Shown: positions 23,054-32,976, counted from the stretch's first letter. The stretch: 64,000 bases of DNA from an uncultured Acidobacteriota bacterium (GCA_963827655.1 CAWHCF010000023.1:320001-384000); one strand, 5' to 3'. Notes: generated by a model from the letters alone, not told the origin. Made by a program: numbers and translations.

Positions 23054-23500
23054 TTAGCTCTTGGCGCTGTCGAGAATCAACGTTACCGGACCTGCATTAG
23101 TAAGACAGACATCCATCATGGCCTGGAATCTTCCGCTCTGAACCCCCGGGACCAACTGCCTCGCTATCTGAACGAATTCGTCATAGAGCTTCTGGGCTTC
23201 AGCCGGCGGCGCGGCCTCTATATAGGAAGGGCGGCGCCCTTTACGACAGTCGCCGTAGAGCGTGAACTGCGAAACTACGAGCAGTTCTCCTGCCGTTTCC
23301 AGCAGGCCCAGATTGAGTTTGCCTTCGCTGTCATCGAAGATTCGAAGTTCCACGATCTTCTTCGCCATCCATTCCAGATCCCGGCGCGAGTCCTCCCTGG
23401 AAATGGCCACGAGAGCAACCAATCCCTTGCCGATCTTCGCGATCTGGACGCCGTCGACTGTCACGGCTGCCTCCCGCACCCTTTGAACGACCGCTCGCAT
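23054..23500 (-). CDS. dtd: D-aminoacyl-tRNA deacylase
   Basis: MRAVVQRV start, SQFTL and KGRRPS motifs, GPVT C-terminus. Confidence 0.96.
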   Translation of the reverse strand: MRAVVQRVREAAVTVDGVQIAKIGKGLVALVAISREDSRRDLEWMAKKIVELRIFDDSEGKLNLGLLETAGELLVVSQFTLYGDCRKGRRPSYIEAAPPAEAQKLYDEFVQIARQLVPGVQSGRFQAMMDVCLTNAGPVTLILDSAKS

Positions 23501-23743
23501 AACCCCTCCCGCAATAATCCACCACGAAGGGTGAAAGATGAGACCCAATTTCTCGAACAACCGGAACAGCCGACCACGAGCATGTGATCGGTTTTTTCAT
23601 TTTGGGTGCGGCATCGGTGCGCTCTTTTCCCGCCCACGACGGGTGGCCTTTCGGGCCTCACCCCTGTGGCCCAGATACGCCATCGATCTTGTGCGATCGG
23701 ACCTACGAAGTGTACAAACTCCACGGCCCGCCCAGCACCCGCG

Positions 23744-23773
23744 TTGACAGGTTCAAGACCCCTCAGGTATATT
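23744..23773 (+). promoter_or_regulatory. Putative sigma-70 promoter for the zinc-ribbon/PfkB-RNase H operon
   Basis: TTGACA-N18-TATATT upstream of 23924. Confidence 0.55.
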
Positions 23774-23923
23774 GACAGACTACATGAACGACAATCGCAG
23801 GGAAAATAGGATCATCGGCCGGCTCTCCTGTGTAACCTTTCATGGTACGAGGGACGGTATGTCCCGGGGGCCAGCCTCTCCCGGAGACCCCCCTGGTCGG
23901 GAAAAATCGGAGGGGCCGCTCAG

Positions 23924-24634
23924 GTGAATCCCGATCTTCGAAACCTGATCGCCCTCCAGGAGCTTGATCAGAAGATCGCAAACCTGCAAAAGAAGATTGT
24001 CGACGTCCCCGGTAAGATTCAAACCCTCCAAGAAGAACTGAGGCTTCTCACCAAGAACCGCGACGATAAAATTGCGACCAGCCAGGAGCTGGCGAAGCGG
24101 CGTCGTGTCTCCGAAGGGGAAGTGGACTTGATGCGGGCCAAACTCTCGCGGCTCAAGGATCAACTCATGGCCGTCAAGACAAACAAAGAATACACGGCCA
24201 TGCTGCACGAGATCCAAATGGCCGAGGCTCAGATTCGCCAGGAGGAAGATAAGATTCTCGAGATCATGGAGAGCATGGAAAACTGCGAACTGGAGCTGAA
24301 GGCGTACGAAAACGCGCTCAGCTCGCATTCCAAGCAGATTGAGCAGAGCATCCGCGAACTGGAAGGATCGATACCTGTCATGGAGACGGAATCGATCATG
24401 CTGCGCGAAGAGAAGTCGCGCATGGAGGATCGCGTCGAGAGGGAGTTACTGTCGCGCTACCATATGATCGCCCAGGCGCGAAGAGGGATTGCCCTGGCCG
24501 AAGCAAGAGAGGAACTCTGTTCGGCCTGTCATGTCCGCATCCGTCCCCAGGTTTATGCCGAGCTTCTGCGGGCCGAGGTCATTTACGTCTGCGATAGCTG
24601 CAACCGTATTCTGTTTCTCCGAGAGGCCCTCTAA
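23924..24634 (+). CDS. Coiled-coil protein with C4-type zinc ribbon (CT398/HP0958-like)
   Basis: LIALQELD start, long coiled coil, CSACH and CDSCNRIL. Confidence 0.92.
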   Translation: MNPDLRNLIALQELDQKIANLQKKIVDVPGKIQTLQEELRLLTKNRDDKIATSQELAKRRRVSEGEVDLMRAKLSRLKDQLMAVKTNKEYTAMLHEIQMAEAQIRQEEDKILEIMESMENCELELKAYENALSSHSKQIEQSIRELEGSIPVMETESIMLREEKSRMEDRVERELLSRYHMIAQARRGIALAEAREELCSACHVRIRPQVYAELLRAEVIYVCDSCNRILFLREAL

Positions 24635-24736
24635 CCCCACTTTTCTTGGTGTTTCTTCGTGTCTTAGTGGTATTGGTTTCGCACGTTAACCACGAAGACA
24701 CGAAGACGTTAGGAAACACGAAGAACCGTTTGCCCA

Positions 24737-26143
24737 ATGCCGGATCTGATCACGCTCGGCGAATGCATGGTGGAGCTCTATTGCGACGGGAGCATCTCAC
24801 AGGCTGCCCAGTTCTCCAAGGCTTTCGGGGGAGATACTCTTACCACCGCCGTCGCCGCCTCGCGGTTAGGTTCTCACGCCGGCTTCATCAGCAAGTTCGG
24901 CGACGATCCCTTTGCTCCCTTCCTGAATGAGGAGCTGCAGCGCGAGGGAATCGATCTATCCTGTTGCCCGACCATGCCGGGAATGAACGGCCTCTGCTTG
25001 ATCGGGCTGGGGGAAAAGGGAGAGCGCGAGTTTCTCTACTACAGGACTGGGTCCGCCGCTTCCACCTTGACACCGGATGATCTCAAGCCGGACTACCTCC
25101 GGAACACGCGGCTCGTGCACAGCTCGGGAATCAGCCAGGCAATTTCTCCATCGTGCCGCAGGGCCGTGCAAAAAGCATTTGAGCTGGCTCGAGCAGCGGG
25201 GGTGCGCACGTCGTTCGATCCTAACTACCGCGCGAGTCTATGGAGCGCCCGGGAGGCCAGGGAAGCATTGGACGAGATCATTCCTCTAACCGACATTTTT
25301 CTGCCAAGCGCGCCGGACGAGACCCAGACCCTTCTTCAGCTTTCAGAACCCGCTGCCATACACGCCTGGGCCGAGGCACGAGGCGTCCAAATCAGTATCC
25401 TCAAGCAAGGTAGCCTTGGCTGTGTGGTAGCGTCTGAAGGTGAATTGAAACGAGTTGAGAGCTTGCGCAACGTGAGAGTAGTCGATGCCTCGGGCGCGGG
25501 CGACGTCTTTAACGGAGGCTTCCTGCACGGTCTGCTCCACGGGCTGGACCCGGTTGAGGCAGCGCGCCTGGGAGTTGCAACCGCCGGCCACAAGGTAGAG
25601 GGGCGAGGAGCCGTGCGTTCGCTTCCCGATCGACGACGTGTCGCCGACGCAGTGCAAGATGAACCGTGGGCCGGAAAGATTTTCAAATGGGAACCCGGCC
25701 AGATGGAAACCCGATCCGGCACAAGGCCGGTGGCTTATATCGACGGCGGCGCTCGCGGTAATCCGGGGCCGGCCGGCGCCGGCGTTCATATCGAACTTGA
25801 GGGACAGCCGTGGCGTGGGCTCTACGCGTTTCTCGGTGAACGGACCAATAACTTCGCGGAATATTCGGCGCTCCTGATCGCCCTTGAGTTTGTGCTCAAG
25901 GAGGGGTTCCGCGAGCTAGAGGTTTATTCTGATTCCGAACTTCTGGTGCGGCAGATACTCGGGCGCTATCGAGTCAAAAACCCGTCACTCCGGGGCCTGC
26001 ACGACAAGGCCACCGACCTGATCCGGCGCTTCAAGCGCTTTGGAATTCAGCACGTCCGGCGCGAAGAGAACTGGAAGGCCGATGCCCTGGTCAACAAAGC
26101 TCTCGATTTACGAGACAGCGGTGAAGATCATTACCAGTCTTGA
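24737..26143 (+). CDS. PfkB-family sugar kinase (KdgK-like) fused to a C-terminal ribonuclease HI domain
   Basis: GGDTLTTA, FDPNYR and DASGAGDVF kinase motifs, then YIDGGARGNPG, TNNFAEY, SDSELL and RREEN..AD RNase HI motifs. Confidence 0.9.
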   Translation: MPDLITLGECMVELYCDGSISQAAQFSKAFGGDTLTTAVAASRLGSHAGFISKFGDDPFAPFLNEELQREGIDLSCCPTMPGMNGLCLIGLGEKGEREFLYYRTGSAASTLTPDDLKPDYLRNTRLVHSSGISQAISPSCRRAVQKAFELARAAGVRTSFDPNYRASLWSAREAREALDEIIPLTDIFLPSAPDETQTLLQLSEPAAIHAWAEARGVQISILKQGSLGCVVASEGELKRVESLRNVRVVDASGAGDVFNGGFLHGLLHGLDPVEAARLGVATAGHKVEGRGAVRSLPDRRRVADAVQDEPWAGKIFKWEPGQMETRSGTRPVAYIDGGARGNPGPAGAGVHIELEGQPWRGLYAFLGERTNNFAEYSALLIALEFVLKEGFRELEVYSDSELLVRQILGRYRVKNPSLRGLHDKATDLIRRFKRFGIQHVRREENWKADALVNKALDLRDSGEDHYQS

Positions 26144-27000
26144 GGGATGACATGCGTTTCTGCTACCCTGTTGCCATGTTGCGCTCCGGCCTGACGATTC
26201 TATGGGTGATGATGGCAGGAAGTCTCCCGGTCCTGGGACAATCGGTCCCGATTCTCTCAGTCACGTTCGAGGGGAATAAAGCCCTGGAGCCTGGCCGGCT
26301 GAAGAGCCAGCTCAAGGTGTCGCGGGACGGAGGTTGGTACCACCCCGAAACGCTGAAGATGGAGCTGCGCGCGGTTGAGAAACTCTATCACGATGAGGGA
26401 TTCTTGCGGGCGAACCTTGGCGCTCCCGTGGTGGAGTTTCAGACGGTTCAGGGCAAGGGTCAGGCGGCTGTGATCCGGATACCCATTTCCGAGGGGGCTC
26501 GTTATACGCTGGGTGAATTAACCTTCAAGAACTCCAGCGGCATCAAGCCGGCGGCCCTGCAGCAACTCTCACCCGTTCGCACCGGCCAACCTTACAGCCG
26601 AAGCAAGATCGCGCAGTTCAAGGAAAAGATTGAGGAGGGTTACCACTCGCTGGGATACCTTCGCTTCGAAGTTACGGTGCGGGAGGAAATCCACGACTTG
26701 AGGAAAGTTGTGGACTGCGTTTTTGAATGCAAAGAGGGGAATATATATCGCACAGGAAAGATCAGCATTGCCGGTGATGAATCGATCAATCGTTCGGAGT
26801 TCAAGAAGCAGATTCTATTGAGCGAAGGCGGGGTCTACAATCCTGAACTGCTCACGCTCAGCGTAGCCTTCCTTAACAGCCTGCGTGTTTACCGGCCTGT
26901 TTCTGAATCAGACGTGGAGATTCGGATTGACGATGCCAAAAGCACAGTCGACCTTATCTTCCACCTGGTTCCGCTGAGGAAAAACTCATCCAGCTCTTGA
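26140..27000 (+). CDS. Secreted POTRA-domain protein without beta-barrel
   Basis: Signal peptide and about three POTRA units (VTFEGNK..YHDEGF..ISEG; YHSLGY..KEG; ISIAGD). Confidence 0.8.
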   Translation: MRDDMRFCYPVAMLRSGLTILWVMMAGSLPVLGQSVPILSVTFEGNKALEPGRLKSQLKVSRDGGWYHPETLKMELRAVEKLYHDEGFLRANLGAPVVEFQTVQGKGQAAVIRIPISEGARYTLGELTFKNSSGIKPAALQQLSPVRTGQPYSRSKIAQFKEKIEEGYHSLGYLRFEVTVREEIHDLRKVVDCVFECKEGNIYRTGKISIAGDESINRSEFKKQILLSEGGVYNPELLTLSVAFLNSLRVYRPVSESDVEIRIDDAKSTVDLIFHLVPLRKNSSSS

Positions 27001-27049
27001 TTCTTCGCGTCTTTGCCTGGAGGCCGAGGCTCGAGAAATTTGTAAGACG

Positions 27050-27971
27050 ATGTTCTCCAAGGTTCTGGTTTGTGCAGCCGCATTATTTGGCTTTTCATTT
27101 CCGAGTTTCCCTTCCGGGGCCCAGCAGCGTCCGCAGGAACCCCAGCCGACAATACGCGCCGAAGTTGCCCTGGTAAACGTGCTCTTCTCTGCCGTAGACC
27201 GGAAAAACCGCAACCTGACCGGCCTCAGGGCCGACGACTTCATCGTGTTCGAGGATCGTCAGCCGCAAAGCATCGAGTATTTCAGCGACTTGAGCAAAGG
27301 GAGCGACGTCCCGCTGACAATCGCGCTTCTTATTGACACGAGCGGAAGCGTAAAAGACAAACTGGAGTACGAAAAGGCTACGGCACGCGAGTTCCTTCGC
27401 AACGTCCTCCGCAAGAACAAGGATCTGGCCCTCATTATTCAATTCGATTCCGAAGTCAACCTGGTCCATGATTTCAGCGACGACCCCGACCGCCTGGCCG
27501 ACGCGCTCGACGGGCTCCAGGCAGGGAACAGCACTTCGATGTACGACGCGGTTTTCCTGGCAGTTGATGAAAAACTGAAGAACGAAACCGGGCGTAAGGT
27601 GATGGTGCGTGATTTCGGACGGCGATGACAACTCCAGCAGGCTTCGCAAAGAGGTGGCGATTGAGGCCGCCCAGAGGCACGATGTTTTGATTTTCGGCGT
27701 CGGGGTGAAGTCGGATTTTGGAACTAATTTCGGCGTACTCAAGAAAATGGCCGAGGAAACCGGTGGAAATTTTTTCTCTCCGCGCGCGAGATTCGACGAG
27801 ATTCAGGCGGCCTTCCGCTCCATCCAGGAGGACCTGCGGGGGCAGTATAGCCTGGGGTACGTTTCGACCAACAAACGCCGGGATGGGTCCTTCCGCAATA
27901 TTGAAATTCGTCCCAAGACGAGCGGTGTCCGGGTTCGTACCCGCAAGGGGTACTACGCTCCAAAAGCATGA
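27050..27971 (+). CDS. VWA-domain protein (acidobacterial type), frameshift at about 27608
   Basis: MIDAS DTSGS, T.MYDAV, (V)ISDGDD, ETGG and QYSLGY..VRTRKGYY. Confidence 0.88.
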
Positions 27972-28096
27972 AACCCGGCGCGTTACCGTTCGGCCCACAC
28001 CCTTTCCGTTACTGAAACGCCGCGCTTTTCTGACCTGTTGGTTATTGCGCGGAACAAACCAACCCGAAGCACGCACACACCAGGCAACACATTCGA

Positions 28097-28125
28097 GAAA
28101 CTTTTTCGAACCATCTCGCGTCTAA
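28097..28125 (+). promoter_or_regulatory. Putative ECF sigma promoter
   Basis: GAAAC-N17-CGTCTAA just upstream of ATG 28136. Confidence 0.5.
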
Positions 28126-28135
28126 TGGAGTATCA

Positions 28136-28453
28136 ATGACGGTTAAGCGATTACGGAATCAAGGGAGAGTTGCCATGGCAGCCTGCAGCGTGCTGGTCGA
28201 AAGCCCTCGTGAACTTCTGTCACAGGCCATTGTCGATGTCGTCAGATCATTTCCCGAAAACCATCGCCGAATGTTCGTGCTGGTGCATTACGGCGGGCGG
28301 CATGTCGAAGAGGCGGCCCGTTCTCTGGGAATCGGTGCAAGTGAGGCCCGGCAGATCCTTGAACAATGCGAGCGCAGGCTGGTCAAGAACTTGAGGCAGT
28401 TCCGCGGCACCACAGATTGTTTGCGTCCTCACGTCCGCTCGTTGGCCCTTTAG
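28136..28453 (+). CDS. Stand-alone sigma-70 region 4 HTH protein
   Basis: FPENHRRMFVLVHYGG..VEEAARSLGI resembles ECF region 4; no region 2. Confidence 0.65.
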   Translation: MTVKRLRNQGRVAMAACSVLVESPRELLSQAIVDVVRSFPENHRRMFVLVHYGGRHVEEAARSLGIGASEARQILEQCERRLVKNLRQFRGTTDCLRPHVRSLAL

Positions 28454-28576
28454 CCGCAATACTCCGCGTCTCCTTTTTTCACCAATCACCTCACCACTTC
28501 CTCGTTCTCCCGCAACGATTCGTTGCGTCTCTTTGCGTCCTGGTGTCCTGGCGGTGCCTTTTGTGATTGGGCGCCA

Positions 28577-28811
28577 AGGGTTCGCGCAGAAATAAGTTCG
28601 CATTCTGCTGCAGGCCCCCAGGCCTGCTGGCGAGGCGCGAGCGACGATGCGTACCCGGTGCGGTACGTGAGGAGCGAGCAACAAAGCCAGCGGGCCTGCG
28701 GGCCGCAGCCCGAAGGGGCGCGATTCTCAGCGTGCTTAGCGAACAGAAACCGGTTCATGATTGACCGCCGGCTTTCGCGCCAGAATGTGAAGTTATTTCT
28801 GCGCGAGCCCT
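28577..28811. mobile_element. MITE-like element, 235 bp, with 31-bp terminal inverted repeats
   Basis: Left AGGGTTCGCGCAGAAATAAGTTCGCATTCTG versus reverse complement of right AGGGCTCGCGCAGAAATAACTTCACATTCTG (3 mismatches). No credible ORF inside. Confidence 0.8.
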
Positions 28812-28855
28812 AAGGCCTGGAAGTCTGCCCGTCTGACGGCAAGGCACCTAGAGCG

Positions 28856-28913
28856 TTCTTAAGTCAGGTTTTACGTATTCTTTACAAATCGCCGCCTCTT
28901 TCACTGGGATAAT
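28856..28913 (+). promoter_or_regulatory. Putative activator-dependent promoter of the desaturase gene
   Basis: TTAAG/TTTAC/TTTAC at 28859, 28870 and 28881 (11-bp period), followed by extended -10 TGgGATAAT. Confidence 0.45.
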
Positions 28914-28949
28914 GCTCCGGTTAATACGGCATGTTCACGAGGAGAAAGT

Positions 28950-29798
28950 ATGCTGCAGACGCAGGCGAAAGTCGGTTTAAGCTGGTCTAATCTTGCATTC
29001 ATCACTGGGGTCCATCTCGTCGCACTACTTGGATTCTTCACTTTCAGCTGGACGGCTCTCCTGGTTGGGACCGCTCTATGGTGGATTACCGGAGGCCTGG
29101 GAATCACCCTCGGCTTTCACCGCCTCTTGACGCACCAGAGTTTCACGGCTCCACGGTGGGTCCAGTATTTTCTCACACTGTGCGGCACCTTAGCCGTGCA
29201 GGGTGGCCCGATAGCCTGGGTTGCGGGTCATCGCGTCCACCACGCTCATTCCGATCGCGAACTGGACCCTCATAACTCGAAAAAGGGATTCTGGTGGGCG
29301 CACCTCGGGTGGATTTTCTATCGAGACCCCATTCTTGGCCACTTCGAAGGCTACAAGAACTACGCCAAGGATCTCGTGCTTGATCCGTTCTACCTGTTCC
29401 TGGACCGCTGGTACGTGGCCTTGCAGATTGTCCTGGGAGTCATCCTCCTGCTTCTTGGAGGCTGGAGCTTTGTGGTGTGGGGTATTTTTGTGCGCCTGGT
29501 TTTCGGATGGCACTGCACGTGGTTGGTTAACTCGGCCGCCCACATGTTCGGCTATCAGACTTATGACTCGCGCGATGACTCACGGAACTGCTGGTGGGTT
29601 GCGTTGCTGAGTTTCGGCGAGGGCTGGCACAACAATCACCACGCTTTTCCCCGGTCAGCGCGCCATGGCCTGAGGTGGTGGGAGTTCGATACATCCTTTC
29701 TCGTGCTTCGCGCCATGGAAAAGGCGGGACTGGCCCGAGATCTCCGGGTTGCCGAACATCTCCGCAACTCCCGTGGCAACCAGAAGCTCGCCGCCTGA
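28950..29798 (+). CDS. Delta-9 type acyl-lipid/acyl-CoA fatty acid desaturase
   Basis: His boxes HRLLTH, HRVHH and GEGWHNNHH; TM segments. Confidence 0.95.
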   Translation: MLQTQAKVGLSWSNLAFITGVHLVALLGFFTFSWTALLVGTALWWITGGLGITLGFHRLLTHQSFTAPRWVQYFLTLCGTLAVQGGPIAWVAGHRVHHAHSDRELDPHNSKKGFWWAHLGWIFYRDPILGHFEGYKNYAKDLVLDPFYLFLDRWYVALQIVLGVILLLLGGWSFVVWGIFVRLVFGWHCTWLVNSAAHMFGYQTYDSRDDSRNCWWVALLSFGEGWHNNHHAFPRSARHGLRWWEFDTSFLVLRAMEKAGLARDLRVAEHLRNSRGNQKLAA

Positions 29799-29805
29799 TC
29801 CAACC

Positions 29806-29875
29806 AGGATTTAGGATCTAGGATTTAGGAATGAGCTTTGTGCCTAAATCCTAGATCCTAGATCCTAGATCCTAG
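29806..29875. repeat. Inverted heptamer tandem repeat (TAGGATC / GATCCTA) between convergent genes
   Basis: AGGATTTAGGATCTAGGATTTAGG ... CCTAAATCCTAGATCCTAGATCCTAGATCCTAG. Confidence 0.85.
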
Positions 29876-30595
29876 TCAAGGGACGTACATGTAACCCCGG
29901 CTGCGCACGCTGACGAAGTGCTCCGGCTGGTCCGGCTCGTCCTCAAAATAGCGCCTCAACCTCACAATGAAATTATCCACGGTGCGGGTTTCCACTTCGG
30001 AGTGATATCCCCAAACGCGCTCCAGAAGCTCTGCTCGGGAAAGCACGCGATTGGGCTCGGCCGTTAGTACCTCGAGGAGCCTTGCTTCGAGGGCGGTGAG
30101 TTGCAAGTCGCCATGAGGCCCGCGCCCGTGGAGATCTTCGAGGTTCACGGTGTAGCCTGCAACCGTGACCTCTTTTCTCGGCCGCTCGCCCGTGTTGCTA
30201 TACCAGTGCGCGCGTTGAATGATCCGCTGGACCCTCAAAAGCAGCTCGCGCAGGTGGAAGGGCTTTATCAAGTAGTCGTCGGCGCCGAGCTCCAGACCCT
30301 GCACGCGGTCGCTCTCCGTGGAACGGGCTGTGAGCATTAGGATGGGAAGCTTCTGATCGCGCTGGCGTATCTGGCGAGCTACCTCAAAGCCATCGATCTC
30401 CTCGAGCATCAGGTCCAGAATGATCAAATCGAACTTGTCCCGCGCCTGCAGCGTCAGCGCCTCCTTGCCGCTTCCGGTCACGCTAACCGAATAGCCTTCC
30501 TGTTCGAGGTTGAACTGCAGCGGGCGCGCCAGATTGGCCTCGTCCTCCACCAGCAGGATTCTTGCGGGGCGCTTCGATTCAGCTTCCTTGCTCAT
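29876..30595 (-). CDS. OmpR/PhoB-family response regulator
   Basis: ILLVEDE, LDLML, GADDYLIKPF and winged helix TRTVDNFIVRLR. Confidence 0.95.
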   Translation of the reverse strand: MSKEAESKRPARILLVEDEANLARPLQFNLEQEGYSVSVTGSGKEALTLQARDKFDLIILDLMLEEIDGFEVARQIRQRDQKLPILMLTARSTESDRVQGLELGADDYLIKPFHLRELLLRVQRIIQRAHWYSNTGERPRKEVTVAGYTVNLEDLHGRGPHGDLQLTALEARLLEVLTAEPNRVLSRAELLERVWGYHSEVETRTVDNFIVRLRRYFEDEPDQPEHFVSVRSRGYMYVP

Positions 30596-31620
30596 CTCTT
30601 CTCAAGAATCACTCTCGGTTTTCGGGAGCTGGTTCTCGCGCCCAGGAACGCCCAGTATTTGCGAACGCGCGGCAGCCGGACACTGAAGGTCGATCCTCGG
30701 CCGGGTCCGGCGCTCGTCACCCACACCTTGCCACTGTGATCTCGAACAATGCTCCGAACGATGTACAGGCCGAGCCCGGTTCCCCTGGTTCGGGAGTCGT
30801 CACCTCGCCAGAACATCTTGAACACGTTCTTGAGATCTTTGCGATTCAGGCCCCCGCCGCTGTCGATTACGTCCAGCCGGCAACTGCGCAGGTCGCGCTG
30901 GAGTTTCAACCGGATCGCGGAGCCGCGCGGAGAATAACGGGCCGCATTTTCGATCAGGTTTGCCAGGACGACACGCATGGCTGACGGATCCATGGCAACT
31001 CTTGCGTCCCCTCCTTTTTCAAAAATGACGGTGTGACCATCCTTTTCAAACAGATGGCGATCTTCTTCCAGGACATCCTCTACGAAGCGCCGCATGCTGA
31101 CGTGCTCCAGCCGGTAACGACCTCGCCGCCGGTCGATCCGCGCGGCTCCGAGAATGCGGTCGATCAAGCTGGTCAGCCGCTCGGCATCGTCAAGCATCAT
31201 ACCCAGGAACTCTCGCCGCTTCTCTTCCGAGAGATCGCGGAGCGCCATGGTTTCGAGCGCCAGTTGGATAGAGGCGACCGGAGATTTCAGCTCGTGGGTA
31301 ACATTCGAAACAAAGGCGCGCTGCATCTGGTTCAGGCTGTGCTGCTTTTTCCAGTAAATGAAGATGCCGGTAGCCCCGGCGAGAATCAAGGCCAGAAGGA
31401 TACCCCCTTCCGCCAGGGGAAGCCATCCGAGCCCGTCAACCTCGGCCTGAGCGCGTAATTGTTCGGCCATTTCCCGGATTTGCTGGTGCTTCTGCACATA
31501 CCAGCGAATCCACACCACCATCAGCAGAATCCAGAGAACCTGGATCGAGAGAAAGATGGTGACAGGGTGGTAGATCCAGCGGGTCTTGCTTCGGATCGTC
31601 TTTACAGTCAGCTCGCGCAT
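30592..31620 (-). CDS. Sensor histidine kinase, two TM helices with a very short external loop
   Basis: THELKSP H-box, NLIENAARY and GTGLGL. Confidence 0.93.
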   Translation of the reverse strand: MRELTVKTIRSKTRWIYHPVTIFLSIQVLWILLMVVWIRWYVQKHQQIREMAEQLRAQAEVDGLGWLPLAEGGILLALILAGATGIFIYWKKQHSLNQMQRAFVSNVTHELKSPVASIQLALETMALRDLSEEKRREFLGMMLDDAERLTSLIDRILGAARIDRRRGRYRLEHVSMRRFVEDVLEEDRHLFEKDGHTVIFEKGGDARVAMDPSAMRVVLANLIENAARYSPRGSAIRLKLQRDLRSCRLDVIDSGGGLNRKDLKNVFKMFWRGDDSRTRGTGLGLYIVRSIVRDHSGKVWVTSAGPGRGSTFSVRLPRVRKYWAFLGARTSSRKPRVILEKR

Positions 31621-31621
31621 A

Positions 31622-32794
31622 TCATGTTGCCCGGAGCAGATCGAGGATTTCGCCACCGAACTCACGAACGCGCCAGCGCCGCATTCCGTCGATCTGTTCC
31701 ATGGCTGCGCGGCTCGATGGGGGGACCGCCGCAAGGACTTCGAGCAAATTGCCGGGGAAAAGGACTCCGATATGGAGACCCAGTTCTTTCGATCTCGTCC
31801 GGCGCCACTCTTTGAGATTCTCCAGCCGCAGCTTAGCTTCGGCGGAAGTAGACTTCCAGGAACTCTTGGGCTCGGACGCCCTCAGCGACGGATCCCGCAA
31901 TCGAGCCTGCCGGATCGCGGCGCAGATCTCATCCGCAAACCTGCGCGCGACGCGATGCGAAACGCCCGGTCTTCCGAGCAGCGCTGCGCAAGAATCGGGC
32001 GGCCGGCGAGATAATTCCACCAGCACCGAATTGTTGAGGACCTTGAAAGGAGGGAGGTCCATTTCCCGCGCCAGGCGGTCCCGCAGCACGTATAGCGCAC
32101 TGAGAACGGCGAGCTGGTGCGACGAAAGTTGGGCGCTCCCCTTGATCCGCCGAAAGCCCTCCGGATCGAACTTTTTCTCCTGAGATGTGCAGCCGGCTGC
32201 AGTTTCGAACTCTTCCGACGCCCACTGGAGACGTCCTTTCTCGCTCAGTTGCGATTCCAAGAGATCTCTCAGCTCCAGCAGATGATGGGTATCCATGGCC
32301 GCATACTCCAGCTGCGCCGGCTCCAGAGGCCGGCGCGACCAGTCGTCGCGCTGGCGGTGCTTGGAGTGAACTACTTTCAGAAGCTTTTCCAGGAGAGCGC
32401 TGAGGCCCAACTGCTCGTAACCGAGCAGCTGTGCAGCCAAGTGGGTGTCAAAGATGCTTCCGAACGAGAACCCGTAATCGCGCCGCAGAGAGCCTACGTC
32501 ATAGCTTGCCGCGTGAAAGACCTTCTCCACGCGACGATTGGCCATGAGCGGCGCCAGCGGTGTTAAATCCTTGACCGCCAGGGTATCGACGATGAATGTC
32601 TCGACATCGGTGGAGATCTGAACCAGGCATACCTTTTCGAAGTAGTGGTAGAGGCTGTCGGCTTCAATGTCGACGGCGACGCGAGCCGCTTTCGTCAGGG
32701 TCTGGAGCGCTCCATCAAAGGCGTCAGGCGTGTCAACCACGTAATATCGCGGAGACCTGGAAGCAGCCCCGCGTTCAACTCGGGAAGCATCCAT
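31622..32794 (-). CDS. rnd: Ribonuclease D (DEDD exonuclease + HRDC)
   Basis: VDIEAD, KVFHAASYD, DWSRRPL and YAAMD, with C-terminal HRDC domains. Confidence 0.9.
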   Translation of the reverse strand: MDASRVERGAASRSPRYYVVDTPDAFDGALQTLTKAARVAVDIEADSLYHYFEKVCLVQISTDVETFIVDTLAVKDLTPLAPLMANRRVEKVFHAASYDVGSLRRDYGFSFGSIFDTHLAAQLLGYEQLGLSALLEKLLKVVHSKHRQRDDWSRRPLEPAQLEYAAMDTHHLLELRDLLESQLSEKGRLQWASEEFETAAGCTSQEKKFDPEGFRRIKGSAQLSSHQLAVLSALYVLRDRLAREMDLPPFKVLNNSVLVELSRRPPDSCAALLGRPGVSHRVARRFADEICAAIRQARLRDPSLRASEPKSSWKSTSAEAKLRLENLKEWRRTRSKELGLHIGVLFPGNLLEVLAAVPPSSRAAMEQIDGMRRWRVREFGGEILDLLRAT

Positions 32795-32830
32795 GCCGCT
32801 GAGGTTAGCAGAGCAGGGGACACAGATACA

Positions 32831-32976
32831 ATTGCAGATTGCGGATTGCGGATTTCAGCATTGCAGATTGCGGATTGTGGATCGATGGCAGTAGCCGAAG
32901 GAAGCTGCAACACACTAAGGTCAAATGGCGGCCAACTGTTTTTTCAATCCGCAATCTGCAATCTGCAATCCGCAAT
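32831..32976. repeat. Inverted heptamer tandem repeat (ATTGCRG / CYGCAAT)
   Basis: ATTGCAGATTGCGGATTGCGG... and ...TCAATCCGCAATCTGCAATCTGCAATCCGCAAT. Confidence 0.85.

Noticed and set aside
23780-23923. rnpB, 6S RNA or riboswitch in the leader of the zinc-ribbon gene
   Set aside because: GC-rich with possible stems, but no recognisable conserved motifs and too short for RNase P RNA; an Rfam scan would be needed.
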